Below are positions 10,363 through 21,367 of a stretch of DNA of 64,000 nt, piece after piece (the first letter of the stretch is position 1; each line of letters begins with the position of its first letter). Below the pieces are notes generated by a model that worked only from the letters and a program-made list of their open reading frames with translations, made no database searches and was not told the DNA's origin. Made by a program: the position numbers and the translations under genes. This DNA is from Prochlorococcus sp. AG-418-M08 (GTDB lineage: Bacteria; Cyanobacteriota; Cyanobacteriia; PCC-6307; Cyanobiaceae). The stretch is from positions 9,769 through 73,768 of the forward strand of contig QCMG01000003.1 of NCBI GenBank assembly GCA_003213955.1. Direction: 5' to 3'.

Positions 10363-11514
10363 TTGAAAATCAATAGAGAATTAATTATTAAATTTGGTTC
10401 TTTTGCAATAGTTTGCCCATCATTATTATTGATAATTTTTCTTGGAGACAGAATTTTACTTAATTTCTTGAATAGGAATAAAAACATAGTCAGATCAGAA
10501 CAACAAAGATTCTTTGATTATCCTATTGAAAAAATAAATGATAAGAATATTGGCAAATATATTTCTGAAGGTTCTTTATTAACAGAGGCTTCCAAAAGAT
10601 TATCACATCATGATTCTGTTCTAAATGACTTCAAATTAATTGGTGATGGTAAAGAAATTATATGGATATTTGGAGATTCTTGGTTAGAAGGAATTCGTAA
10701 AGAAAATATTAATAATAATATTATTGGAACAGAGCTTGATGAAGATTATAAATTAATTAGATTAATTGGAACTACATCTTATTCTCCATTATTAATGCAT
10801 CTAGCGTATAAAGATAGAATTTTACGTTACAAAGAAACTCCAGATAATGTTGTTATTTTCATAGATCAAACAGATATTGGAGATGATTATTGTAGATATA
10901 GGCCCTCAGTTTTAAGAGATAAAAAGGGCAAACTTATAGGCGTTTTAGATAATTACTTAGGCGTAAGTGGCATATATAGGAGCTGGTCTTTTCATCTAAC
11001 TATGAGAGAACACAAATCTGGCATTTTACTTGCAATACAAAGATTCATTCATGCTCTACATCTAAGATTAATTCCAAGTATTGAGGTATTAACTAATTGT
11101 ACCGAAAAAGAATTAATTGCTTGGCAAATGGGTTTAAATTCATCACCTTCAGGAGTAATAATAAAAAATTATGAAAAATATTTTTTAAATTCTATGAATG
11201 AATTTTTAGAAACAATATATAATGATAGTAAAAGAAAAAAAATATTATTAGTAACTCATGATTGGGCTAGACATTCACTCCCCAAAGAAAATAAAGATCA
11301 TCTTTCAAAAAATATTTCTACTTTAGTTGAAAAAATATCTAGAGCTAATAATATTAACCACTTACATGTAAAAACAGGCGATTATAAAAATAAGAACATC
11401 TCTGATATTTATCAATATCCTTCAGATAGATTTAGTCATCTTAGAGATTACACCTACTTAAGTAAGAGGATTGGAGAATCCTTAAAAAATATTATTCTAA
11501 AAGGGAAATTATAA
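10363..11514 (+). CDS. SGNH/GDSL-like hydrolase/acyltransferase with an N-terminal anchor
   Basis: N-terminal hydrophobic helix, block I IFGDSW, SYSP, and C-terminal D..SH. Confidence 0.6.
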   Translation: MKINRELIIKFGSFAIVCPSLLLIIFLGDRILLNFLNRNKNIVRSEQQRFFDYPIEKINDKNIGKYISEGSLLTEASKRLSHHDSVLNDFKLIGDGKEIIWIFGDSWLEGIRKENINNNIIGTELDEDYKLIRLIGTTSYSPLLMHLAYKDRILRYKETPDNVVIFIDQTDIGDDYCRYRPSVLRDKKGKLIGVLDNYLGVSGIYRSWSFHLTMREHKSGILLAIQRFIHALHLRLIPSIEVLTNCTEKELIAWQMGLNSSPSGVIIKNYEKYFLNSMNEFLETIYNDSKRKKILLVTHDWARHSLPKENKDHLSKNISTLVEKISRANNINHLHVKTGDYKNKNISDIYQYPSDRFSHLRDYTYLSKRIGESLKNIILKGKL

Positions 11515-11735
11515 TCTAATCTAAAAAGTTTGAAGTTTTTTAATTTATTTAATAAAGATAAATGAATTCAATATAAAAAAATAGATAAAATTTGTTTATT
11601 TAAATTTTTCTTTGAAGATTATTATGAATCCAGAATAAATTATTGGAACTTTTGAATAAATTAGTGAACCTTTTGCTAATTTTAACGAAATGAAAATTTA
11701 TTATAGATACTTTAAAATTACAAGAATTACTCTTA

Positions 11736-12536
11736 TTATATTTGGTTATATATTTTCAATTTTATTAAAAAATTTTTTAATTTTTTTTTAAACTTAAGGA
11801 TATTTATAAAACCATTTATTTTTGATTTAAATCGATAATCTCTATCTAAATATTTCAAATCATCTTTAGAATTTTTATTTATACAAATACAATTATGTCC
11901 AAAAGTAATACTTCTTATAGAGTTTACAGTATCAATATTAAAGCCTAGAGATTTTACTTTATTTTCTAATTTATTTTTTTGTTTCTCATTTAGAAATTCT
12001 CTGTTTAACCAATGAGCTAGAACACAAAAAGAGTTAACTATTGAATTTTTAGATTCTATCCCATAATTTGTTGGATATCCATAACAATCTGAATTCATCC
12101 AATATGAAGTTTCAATGTCTTCAATAATATATATACAATCTGAATTAAGTAAAGCTTTGAAAAATAAATTGAAAGTTAAAATTATATGTTCCGGTATATG
12201 TGATCCGTCATCAATTATTAAATCTATTGATTTAGATTGTAGTTCTTTCTGTATCTTTTTTAAATCAGTTAATGATGACTGGTCGCACTTGAAAACTTTA
12301 TAGCCATTACCAATTTCACTTTTATTTAAGTCTATTATATTTAAGAAAGAATTAGGAAAAAGTCTTTTCCAAAACTTTATACTTTGTCCTTCTCCATATC
12401 CAATTTCTAAAATTTGATTATTTATTTTAGATCTATTTAGAAAATCAGAATAAAATCTTTCATATCCATGATGAGTAACTTTATCAGTACCAGAAAAATT
12501 ACCTGCAAGTTTTATTTTATCTCTAGAAATATTCAT
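11736..12536 (-). CDS. Class I SAM-dependent sugar O-methyltransferase (MycE/ElmM-like)
   Basis: TDK...HGY, ILEIG, CDQS, DLIIDDGSH and YIIEDIETSYW. Confidence 0.8.
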   Translation of the reverse strand: MNISRDKIKLAGNFSGTDKVTHHGYERFYSDFLNRSKINNQILEIGYGEGQSIKFWKRLFPNSFLNIIDLNKSEIGNGYKVFKCDQSSLTDLKKIQKELQSKSIDLIIDDGSHIPEHIILTFNLFFKALLNSDCIYIIEDIETSYWMNSDCYGYPTNYGIESKNSIVNSFCVLAHWLNREFLNEKQKNKLENKVKSLGFNIDTVNSIRSITFGHNCICINKNSKDDLKYLDRDYRFKSKINGFINILKFKKKLKNFLIKLKIYNQI

Positions 12537-13044
12537 ATTTAATTTTATTAAATTTAGAGATTTTAATATAAATAGTAAAATTATAAAGACATTAGATTAA
12601 CAAATTTAGAAAATCTTTAAATATTTATTTACAACTAGTTAAAAGAAGGTAAATATATTTTGCCATAAAAATATACTAGAGTATTTTAATTTCATTTAGA
12701 CTAATCAAGATGAAATCAATAATCCTAAGCATTTCAGAGGAATTTTATGGCATGGTCGCAAATTCCATAATAGGTAAAAAAAGTTAGTATATTCAATTAC
12801 CATAAAATCATTAGATAATTAAATAGAATATAAATTAAATAAATTATTATCAGTTATTGATTAATAATGAGTGTTGTTTGATTTACTTAAGTAATAAGTT
12901 TTTCTAATTTTAAAAATAAATTAATGGTCATGGATTATGCAGTTTAGATTAGTCATTTTTTTAATACTAAATAATTAATTATTATATTGAAAATTGTTTT
13001 TAAAGAAATTTTTCTTAAAATATAGTTAAACTTGTTTTTTTAAA

Positions 13045-14217
13045 GTGCTTAATAAAGTAAAAAATCTTTTATTTATAGTAGAAAAAATAGGTCCATATCA
13101 TAACTCTAGATTCAATTACTTATCTAAATTTAAAAAATTTAAAATTTCCGTTATTGAAACAAATAGTGAATCTAGAACATATTTATGGGAAGAAGTAAAA
13201 AATACAAACTACACAATATACAAACTAAAAAACAATCAAAAAAGATATAAAAAATTTGCGGATATTAATCATCAAATCATTGGAATCTTATCTGAATCTA
13301 ATCCTGAGTTAATCTTTATAACAGGATGGTATGAGAAAACACACCATTTCTTAATCTATAAATCATATTTTAAAAAAATACCTATAATTATCTTAAGTGA
13401 TAGCAGATATAGGGATGATAAAAGAATCTTTTTTAAAGAAACTATAAAAAGAATATTACTTAAAAGTTTTAGTAGCGCAATAGTTGCAGGAAGAGAAAGT
13501 GCAGATTATCTTATGAAGTTAAATTTTAAAGAATGTGATATTTTCAGACCTTACAACGTAGTAGATAATAATTATTTTTTGAACCCCTATGTTAATAATA
13601 AAAATATTTATTCAAATTATTTCTTATGTATAGCTAGATTCATAAAGGTAAAAAATTATCAAAAGCTTATAAAAGGTTTTGAAATTTACAAGAACAAAAG
13701 GGGGGTTTTAAATCTTTTAATAATAGGTTCTGGACCAGAAGAAAAATTAATTAAAGAAATTAAAAATAAATCAAAATTCTCAAATTCTATTTTTTTAGAA
13801 TCATGGAAAAAAACAAGTTTATTACCTCAATATTATAAAGAAGCTAAAGCTACAGTTTTAGCAAGCACTAAGGAAACATGGGGTCTAGTAATTAACGAAT
13901 CAATGGCTGCAGGTACACCATGCATAGTAAGTAAAAATTGTGGTTGCTATTTAGATCTTATTGAAGAAGAAGAGACTGGTTGGGGCTTTGATCCAAATAA
14001 TGAAATAGAACTTTCTAATGTGTTTTTAAAAGTTGAAAAAATCAATCAAAAAGAGCTAAACAAAATGAAAAATAATATTAAATCAAAAATGAATAATTTT
14101 AATTTAGATAATTTTAGGCAAGCTGTTGATGAAGCAATAGAAAATTCATTAAAAAATAGGAAAGCCTCTTTTATTTCCTCAATATTGGCATATATTTTAT
14201 ATGCTCTAAAAAATTAA
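13045..14217 (+). CDS. GT4 glycosyltransferase
   Basis: IGPYH, CIARFIKVKN and ETWGLVINESMAAG (EX7E). Confidence 0.9.
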   Translation: MLNKVKNLLFIVEKIGPYHNSRFNYLSKFKKFKISVIETNSESRTYLWEEVKNTNYTIYKLKNNQKRYKKFADINHQIIGILSESNPELIFITGWYEKTHHFLIYKSYFKKIPIIILSDSRYRDDKRIFFKETIKRILLKSFSSAIVAGRESADYLMKLNFKECDIFRPYNVVDNNYFLNPYVNNKNIYSNYFLCIARFIKVKNYQKLIKGFEIYKNKRGVLNLLIIGSGPEEKLIKEIKNKSKFSNSIFLESWKKTSLLPQYYKEAKATVLASTKETWGLVINESMAAGTPCIVSKNCGCYLDLIEEEETGWGFDPNNEIELSNVFLKVEKINQKELNKMKNNIKSKMNNFNLDNFRQAVDEAIENSLKNRKASFISSILAYILYALKN

Positions 14218-14318
14218 TTTAAAATAATACAATTAAATTTAAACATCTAATTTTTTAAGTCTAATTAAATCATATAAAAAATTTTCCTTCAAAATTATAA
14301 TTTTGGTGTTTATAAGTT

Positions 14319-15104
14319 TCAAATCATTTCCCAATTAATTTTTGAGTGAAATTTACTTGTATTTATTAAATTTGATAATTTAGTTATATTTATTGATTCA
14401 TTCACTCTCCATCTTTCATTTATACCTGGGTGTGTACCAATTTCAATAGTTTCCGCTTTTCTTATGCTACAAATCTTTTCAGGCCAAGAATAATCTTCAT
14501 AATTTAAATTATTAAAGAAATATTTTGTTGTTTTGAATTTCTTTCTTATTAAATTTCCATAATATTTTTGCAACCAAAAGGAAGGTCTTGTTAATTTTTT
14601 TAAGAATTTATCTAGAAATATATTTTGTACAATTCTCATTTTTCTTATACCAACTTCATTACTAATTTCTGACAACTTATTAGATATTTGGGGATACTTA
14701 TGTAGATGTCCATGAGAATCAAAATGAGAAATTTTAATACCATAATCTTTTAAATAGGATACCTGAGCTAGGGCCTCTATTTTAATTTCATCCAAATTTA
14801 TTTTCCCAGTAAATAACTTGTTTCTAAAAATCGTTCCTTTATTAAAATACCCATCCTGATTAGTTAATGAAGGTATCATTTTTTTATCTAATATTGGTTT
14901 CTCGAAAGTATCGGCATGAAAATTTAAATGTAAACCAAATGAAAATTTTGGATTTTTTAATGCATAATTTATAGCTTTTTGGGTCCCCGGCATAGAGAGA
15001 ATTATAGTCGCACTAGTTAAATGACCCTGTTCAAATAATGTAATTGTTTTTTCGACAGTATCTTCTGAAATCCCAAAGTCATCAGCGTTTAAAATAAATT
15101 TCAT
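14319..15104 (-). CDS. YdjC/ChbG/HpnK-family carbohydrate deacetylase
   Basis: ILNADDFG, GLHLN, SHFDSHGHLH and EIGTHPG. Confidence 0.9.
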   Translation of the reverse strand: MKFILNADDFGISEDTVEKTITLFEQGHLTSATIILSMPGTQKAINYALKNPKFSFGLHLNFHADTFEKPILDKKMIPSLTNQDGYFNKGTIFRNKLFTGKINLDEIKIEALAQVSYLKDYGIKISHFDSHGHLHKYPQISNKLSEISNEVGIRKMRIVQNIFLDKFLKKLTRPSFWLQKYYGNLIRKKFKTTKYFFNNLNYEDYSWPEKICSIRKAETIEIGTHPGINERWRVNESINITKLSNLINTSKFHSKINWEMI

Positions 15105-15473
15105 AATAAAAAAGTTTTAATTATGGATATATTTAATAATTAAAATTAACAAAATTTTAGAGTAATCAACAAGATTATTTGTACAAAATATTTATTTTAT
15201 TAATTGTAATTTATAAATACTTATAAATTTAATCATTAATCAAAAGGATTATTTACAATTGTAATCAATTCTATCCATTTAAATAACCAAGTTGGTATTA
15301 ACTTCTCCTCCTCTTAAATTCCAATTTTTTTTACAAAATCATAACGAAATATACCTTTAAACCTTAAACTAAATTCTGAGTTCTTGACATGATAAAAATC
15401 TTATTAATAATCCCATCACAAATCATTGATTAATATATCTATGATTTCGACTATCAAACTATATTATTCTAAA

Positions 15474-16403
15474 TTATTCTTCTATTAGGATTTGATTAGA
15501 TATTCTTCCAAAAGCCTCTCTATATTTCCTAAAGTTTAATTTTTCTTTTTTCCCATAAATCATTTTTAATCTTTTAAATTCTAAAAGGTTTATTATGTTT
15601 TTTAAATTTATTTTTAATTTTCTATTTCTTGTTGAACCATTTTTCAAGGGAGCATAAAAATCAATTGGGAAATACCCACAAATATAATTCTTTGATAAAC
15701 GAGCCCTCAACATCAAGTCATGTTCTGAATTATCTAGAAAATAATTTCTTTCATCTAGATAATTCATTTGCTTTAATTTAGAGTTGTCAATAAGTAAAGG
15801 ACCCCTATTACAAGTATCAAAGATATAGAAATTATTTTTTTTAACATTTAGTTCTTTGAGGGATTTCTCAATATTAATTCCTAATTTTCCAGCACCATCT
15901 GAATCATTATTATAGTCAAAGAAATGTGCACATCTTCCAGATACTGCAATCAGATTTTCGATTTTATTAAATGGTTTACTTAGAATTAAATTATAACCTT
16001 TTATTAACATTTCCATATCAGCTTGAATTTCTAAAACAAATTTAGCTTTGGATAATTTAAATCCAATATTGTCGCATTTAGTCTCGAATAAGGGCCAATA
16101 TGTATCTATGATTCTTATCCTTTTGAAATTAATCCCAACTGGTTCAAAATTTTCAAAAAATTTTTTTAATAACTCTAATGTTTTATCATTAGAAAAATCG
16201 TTTATTATGATAATTTCATAATCTCCCAAGGTATTACTTATTATTGAAATAACATTTTTTATTATTATTTTTTCTTGATTAAATACAGGCATAACAATTG
16301 TATATTCAGCTTTATTATTTTCATAAAGTTTATCCATAGCAATTTTGTATTTCATAATCAATTTCTTGTGTGAAAAGATAACCAATAATTTACTAAATTT
16401 CAT
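15474..16403 (-). CDS. GT2 glycosyltransferase
   Basis: TIVMPVFNQE, INDFSND, EIQADM and EHDLMLR. The true start may be one of the downstream Mets. Confidence 0.8.
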   Translation of the reverse strand: MKFSKLLVIFSHKKLIMKYKIAMDKLYENNKAEYTIVMPVFNQEKIIIKNVISIISNTLGDYEIIIINDFSNDKTLELLKKFFENFEPVGINFKRIRIIDTYWPLFETKCDNIGFKLSKAKFVLEIQADMEMLIKGYNLILSKPFNKIENLIAVSGRCAHFFDYNNDSDGAGKLGINIEKSLKELNVKKNNFYIFDTCNRGPLLIDNSKLKQMNYLDERNYFLDNSEHDLMLRARLSKNYICGYFPIDFYAPLKNGSTRNRKLKINLKNIINLLEFKRLKMIYGKKEKLNFRKYREAFGRISNQILIEE

Positions 16404-16551
16404 AAGGTATAAAGATACCTTTTGGAGAAATATTAGTGTATAAATTATAAAGTTACATTTTACCTCATTTGACTTTGCAAGTCTAAAAAAGATCTTATCT
16501 AAGCTGAATTCTATGAATCTCTATTCTACTCCCACGTTCTCCATTAATAAA

Positions 16552-17619
16552 TTATTTTTTTCCAATTCTATCTCCTGAATAACCAGATTTCTTCATCATT
16601 TGGTTAGACCATTTAATATTATTTAAATACCATTTAATAGTTTTTTTTAAACCATCTTCGAAACTTATTAGAGGTTTCCAATCTAATTCTTTCTGTATTT
16701 TAGTAGAATTAATAGAATATCTTTTGTCATGCCCTGGTCTATCGATAACTTTTTTAATAAGATTCTCATGTGGAAACTTTTTGGGATCAATTTTATCTAA
16801 AATTTTACATATTTTTAATTGAACTTCTTTATTAGTTCTCTCACCAAAGCCTCCTACACAGTAATTACTTCCAATCTTCCCTTTTTCAGCTATTAGTAAT
16901 AAAGCTTCTACATGATCTTCTACATACAACCAATCTCTTATATTTAACCCATCTCCATAGAGTGGCATATATTCGCCATTAATTCCTTTTAAAATACTTA
17001 AAGGAATCAGTTTTTCTGGAAATTGATAGGGGCCATAATTATTACTACAATTTGAAATAATTGTTGGTAACCCGTAAGTATAATGCCAGCTCTTTACTAA
17101 GTGATCACTAGATGCTTTGCTTGAAGAATATGGACTTCTTGGGGAATATTTAGTATTTTCATCAAATTTACCATCTAGTCCCAATGAGCCGAATACTTCA
17201 TCTGTACTGACATGAATAAATCTAAAAAATTTTTTTTTAATATCGCTTGTTTTTTCCCAATATGCTCTAGATGCTTCAAGTAAGTTAAATGTTCCTATTA
17301 TATTACTCTCTAAAAAGTTTAATGGGTTATCAATTGAGCGGTCCACATGACTTTCGGCTGCAAGATGTATTATCAAATTAGGTTCAATTTCTTTTACTGT
17401 CTTTTCTAATATTTCTTTATTTCTTAAATCTATTTTTAAAAAATGATGCTGAGATTGATCATACTTAGAACTATTGATCCAAGAAAGATCGCTGGCATAG
17501 CCTAATTTATCAATATTGTAAATTAAATACTTTTTTTGCTTAAGAAGTTTTCTAATTAAAGTACCTCCAATAAATCCAGCTCCTCCAGTAACAATTATTT
17601 TTATTGGATTATTTTTCAT
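16552..17619 (-). CDS. rmlB: dTDP-glucose 4,6-dehydratase
   Basis: VTGGAGFIG, HLAAESHVDRSI, STDEVFG, YSSSKASSD, SNNYGPYQFPEKLIP and DRPGHD.RY. Confidence 0.97.
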   Translation of the reverse strand: MKNNPIKIIVTGGAGFIGGTLIRKLLKQKKYLIYNIDKLGYASDLSWINSSKYDQSQHHFLKIDLRNKEILEKTVKEIEPNLIIHLAAESHVDRSIDNPLNFLESNIIGTFNLLEASRAYWEKTSDIKKKFFRFIHVSTDEVFGSLGLDGKFDENTKYSPRSPYSSSKASSDHLVKSWHYTYGLPTIISNCSNNYGPYQFPEKLIPLSILKGINGEYMPLYGDGLNIRDWLYVEDHVEALLLIAEKGKIGSNYCVGGFGERTNKEVQLKICKILDKIDPKKFPHENLIKKVIDRPGHDKRYSINSTKIQKELDWKPLISFEDGLKKTIKWYLNNIKWSNQMMKKSGYSGDRIGKK

Positions 17620-17648
17620 CTCTATTAAATTCTTTGATAAAAATTATA

Positions 17649-18536
17649 TTAAAGGTTAAGTTCCTCAATCAATGCATCTCTCCAATTTAACTGCTTTAAT
17701 TTTAAAATTTTCTTAGTCAAACTTGAATCTAGAACAGAATATGAGGGCCTAACTGCTCTTGTTGAATATTCAGAAGAAAGAATAGGTTTAATATAAGCCA
17801 TTTTTTTTATTAAACCCTTTTTAAATGCGATTTGACTTACTGCAACAGCAACATCATACCAACTTGCTATTCCATCATCTGTAAATTGACTTATTTTTGG
17901 AAAGATTTTACCCAAATTACTATAGTAATTATTCATTTCTATTAGTTTCCAAACTGCATTTGCAAGTGAATTTGAACATGTGGGAGAACCTATCTGATCA
18001 CAAACGACATTTAGTTCTTCTTTTTCTTCATTAAGATCAATTATTTTTGTAGCAAAATTTTTACCTCGCTTGCTAATTAACCAACTTGTTCTTAATATCG
18101 AAAGCTGATTATGATCTACCAAAATATCTGATAAAAGCAACTCTGCATTGGCTTTAGTCTTTCCATAGGTATTAATGGGCGATAAAGTTTGATTTGCTAA
18201 ATATGGAGTATTCTGTTTTCCATCAAAAACATAATCAGTACTTATTTGAAGAAGTTTACCCCCAATCCCACGAAGTGCTTTTGCCATAAATTGAGGACCT
18301 TCTGAATTAATTGCATATGCTAATTCCTCCTCTTCTTCAGCTTTATCAACATTTGTATAAGCACCCGAATTAATAACCCAATCAGGTTTGTTGTAAATTA
18401 TGTATTCATAACACTCGATACCTTTTCTTAAATTAAAATCCATTTTATTTGGAATCAACAATTGAACATTCTTTGGACTTTTTTGAATAATAGATTTACC
18501 TAACTGTCCAGAAGATCCCACTAAAAGAATTTTCAC
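17649..18536 (-). CDS. rmlD: dTDP-4-dehydrorhamnose reductase
   Basis: GSSGQLG, AYTNVDKAE, ISTDYVFDG, YGKTK, DQIGSPT and RP.YS.L. Confidence 0.95.
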   Translation of the reverse strand: MKILLVGSSGQLGKSIIQKSPKNVQLLIPNKMDFNLRKGIECYEYIIYNKPDWVINSGAYTNVDKAEEEEELAYAINSEGPQFMAKALRGIGGKLLQISTDYVFDGKQNTPYLANQTLSPINTYGKTKANAELLLSDILVDHNQLSILRTSWLISKRGKNFATKIIDLNEEKEELNVVCDQIGSPTCSNSLANAVWKLIEMNNYYSNLGKIFPKISQFTDDGIASWYDVAVAVSQIAFKKGLIKKMAYIKPILSSEYSTRAVRPSYSVLDSSLTKKILKLKQLNWRDALIEELNL

Positions 18537-19120
18537 TAAAATAAATCTCCTTTTTCAAAAAGTTCTTTAAATATATTTCCCTGCTGATCTTTAGCAGATA
18601 ATTTAGGAATAAAGTTTTTTTCTTTAATGGGCCAGCTTATATTAATATCAGGATCTTTCCAATAAAGAGTTCTTTCAAAATCTTTAGCCCAAAAGTTTGT
18701 AACTCTATAACCAACTATAGCCTCTTTACTGAGCGTTAAAAATCCATGAGCAAAACCATTAGGTATCCAAAGTTGATTCTTGATATCAGAATTAATTTTT
18801 ATTCCTGCCCATTTAGTAAAAGTTTTTGATTCTTTTCTAAGATCAACAATTACATCATAAATCTCTCCTTTGACAACTCTTATTAATTTTCCTTGGCAAT
18901 AAGGATTTAATTGATAATGTAAGCCTCTTAAAGTTCCCTCTCTAGAATATGATTCATTATCTTGTACAAATTCTACTTCTAAATTGATAAGAGAATTGAA
19001 TTTATTTTTATTCCAAGTTTCAAAGAAATAACCCCTGTTATCAGAAAAAATTTGTGGGGTAAAGATTATTGGTCCATTAAATACATTAGATGATTCATCC
19101 TTTAAAAAATCAATCTTCAT
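18536..19120 (-). CDS. rmlC: dTDP-4-dehydrorhamnose 3,5-epimerase
   Basis: D.RGYFFE, FVQDN.S.S, LRGLHYQ and LWIP.GFAHGF. Confidence 0.95.
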   Translation of the reverse strand: MKIDFLKDESSNVFNGPIIFTPQIFSDNRGYFFETWNKNKFNSLINLEVEFVQDNESYSREGTLRGLHYQLNPYCQGKLIRVVKGEIYDVIVDLRKESKTFTKWAGIKINSDIKNQLWIPNGFAHGFLTLSKEAIVGYRVTNFWAKDFERTLYWKDPDINISWPIKEKNFIPKLSAKDQQGNIFKELFEKGDLF

Positions 19121-20031
19121 TATATTAATTCATCCTTTTTTTTAAACTTTGAATTTATTAGATTAATTAAATAACTTCCATATGAGCTTTTAGAAATTTC
19201 AGAAGCAAGTGCCATTAAGTCATCATCATTAATAAATTTATTTCGCCATGCCGTTTCTTCTGGCGAGCCTATCTTCAAACCTTGTCTTCTTTCTAAAGTT
19301 CTTATAAATGCTCCAGCTTCTTGAAGTGAATCAAATGTTCCAGTATCCAGCCATGCCATACCAGTGCCAAGTATCTGTACTTTTAAATTATTTTCAGAAA
19401 GATATATTTTATTGATATCAGTAATTTCTAATTCATTTCTAGTTGATGGAGTAAGTGTTTCAGCATAATCAATCACATTATTATCGTAAAAATAAAGACC
19501 AGTGACCGCATAGTTACTCTTTGGATTTGGTGGTTTTTCTACAATATCAATCACTTTATTCGTATCTTTGTCAAAATTCACAATCCCATATCGAGAAGGA
19601 TCGCTTACTGGATAAGCAAATAATGTTGCTCCTTTTTTTTCTTGATTTACTGTTTTTAAATTATTTTCAAAATTATTTCCGTAGAAAAGATTATCTCCAA
19701 GTATTAATGCTACATTTTTATCTTCTAAAAAATCTTTACCTAGCAAAAAAGCTTCTGCGATACCATCTGGAGAGGGCTGAGATTTGTATTGGATTTCAAT
19801 TCCCCACTGCATTCCATTACCTAGGAGGTCTTTAAAATCATTTAGATGGTGGGGATTACAGATAATAAGAATATCTCTTATCCCACAATTCATTAATGTT
19901 GTCAGTGGATAATAAATCATAGGCTTATCATAGATAGGCATTAACTGTTTGCTAAGAGCTTTAGTTAATGGATATAATCTTGTCCCAGCCCCTCCAGCAA
20001 GAATTATCCCTTTTCTTAAAACATCACTCAT
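19120..20031 (-). CDS. rmlA: Glucose-1-phosphate thymidylyltransferase
   Basis: KGIILAGGAGTRLYP.T, KQLMPIYDKPMIYYPL, LILGDN, EKP, ELEITD and WLDTGT. Confidence 0.97.
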   Translation of the reverse strand: MSDVLRKGIILAGGAGTRLYPLTKALSKQLMPIYDKPMIYYPLTTLMNCGIRDILIICNPHHLNDFKDLLGNGMQWGIEIQYKSQPSPDGIAEAFLLGKDFLEDKNVALILGDNLFYGNNFENNLKTVNQEKKGATLFAYPVSDPSRYGIVNFDKDTNKVIDIVEKPPNPKSNYAVTGLYFYDNNVIDYAETLTPSTRNELEITDINKIYLSENNLKVQILGTGMAWLDTGTFDSLQEAGAFIRTLERRQGLKIGSPEETAWRNKFINDDDLMALASEISKSSYGSYLINLINSKFKKKDELI

Positions 20032-20224
20032 TGGAGTACTTTGATATCAATTAAATTATAAAATTTTTTGAAACTCAAAATATTTTTTATAAATCATTCT
20101 TAATTAAGACAAATTTTTAACTTGTGATTAGATATTAATTCGGTATCTAGTAATAATCATTATAAATAATGATATTATGAATAAAGAAGAAAAGTTCTTT
20201 TCAAGAAAAAAATAACATTTTTTA

Positions 20225-21367
20225 ATGTATTCAAAAATAAAAAAAAAACTTAGATTCAATAGATTTACAAGAATAATAAGGTTTAAAAATAGAATCGCTG
20301 CAAACGAGGCTTGTACTTATTGGCTCAAAAACAATAAAAATAAATTTATATATGAAAAGCAAAATTTAAACTCTTTTAATTTGAATATCAATCCAATTGA
20401 TAATAAATTTATACCTTTTCCTTTAAGCTGGTCTAAACCATTAATTACCAGAGCAAGATTTATATACTCTTTTAATAACGTTATAATTTCCCCATTAGAA
20501 TCTCATATTTATTTTTATGATATTGATAAATCCTCATCAGATCTTGGAACTAAATTTGATAATGATAAATTATCACTATTTGATTTTTACAAAAAAAATG
20601 AACTTTTAGAAGCTAAAGAGTTACCTGGAAAAGTTTTACACTTAGGGATTTCATCAAATCCATCCAATTTTTATCATTGGATTCATGAAATATATGCACG
20701 AATATTAAGAGTTAAAAAAGAATATGATCTTAACAAATTTGATTATGTAGTTATGCCTAAATTAAATAATAAATTTCAGAAGGAAGCTTTAGAATTATTA
20801 AAATTTGATTCCAGTAAGATTTTAAGTAATGAAACTTTTTATAAATGTACTGGTGAATTAGTAACTGCTAATATCGATATTATTGCCTCAGGATTAGATC
20901 TAAGAAACTTTTTTTCAGATAATAAGGAGTTAAAGAGTGGTAAACTAAAAAAATATTTTTTAGATAGAGACTCCAATAGTGGGCAACAAAAACGAGAACT
21001 TATAAATTTTGATAAGTACAAATATAAATATATTGATGCAGGATTTGAATTTATAAAACCTGAAGAATTAACCTTTAAAGAACAAATAAAATTATTTCTT
21101 TCTGCTAAAGCTATTGTTGGTGTAAGTGGATCCGCTTTTTGTCTTGCTTCATTAATGAAAAAAGGTTCAAAGGTTGCAGAGATATTTTCCAAAAGTTTTG
21201 TTGATCCAGCTATTTCTAATATATGTGCAGCTGCAAATTTGAAATATGGGTTTTATATTGAAGATTCTTATAGACCTCAATCTGAAGAATACTGGTTGAG
21301 AGATGCTAATTCAAAAATAAATGCAAATTTATTAGACCATGACAAGATAATTGATTTCTTCAATTGA
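20225..21367 (+). CDS. GT61/DUF563-family glycosyltransferase
   Basis: NFYHWIHE, RELIN, PEELTFKEQI.LF..A..IVG..GSA and EIF. Confidence 0.8.
   Translation: MYSKIKKKLRFNRFTRIIRFKNRIAANEACTYWLKNNKNKFIYEKQNLNSFNLNINPIDNKFIPFPLSWSKPLITRARFIYSFNNVIISPLESHIYFYDIDKSSSDLGTKFDNDKLSLFDFYKKNELLEAKELPGKVLHLGISSNPSNFYHWIHEIYARILRVKKEYDLNKFDYVVMPKLNNKFQKEALELLKFDSSKILSNETFYKCTGELVTANIDIIASGLDLRNFFSDNKELKSGKLKKYFLDRDSNSGQQKRELINFDKYKYKYIDAGFEFIKPEELTFKEQIKLFLSAKAIVGVSGSAFCLASLMKKGSKVAEIFSKSFVDPAISNICAAANLKYGFYIEDSYRPQSEEYWLRDANSKINANLLDHDKIIDFFN

Noticed and set aside
7616-11514. Saxitoxin biosynthesis cluster
   Set aside because: Only the sxtIJKL-like accessory cassette is present; there is no sxtA, sxtG or other core gene, and the context is glycan synthesis.
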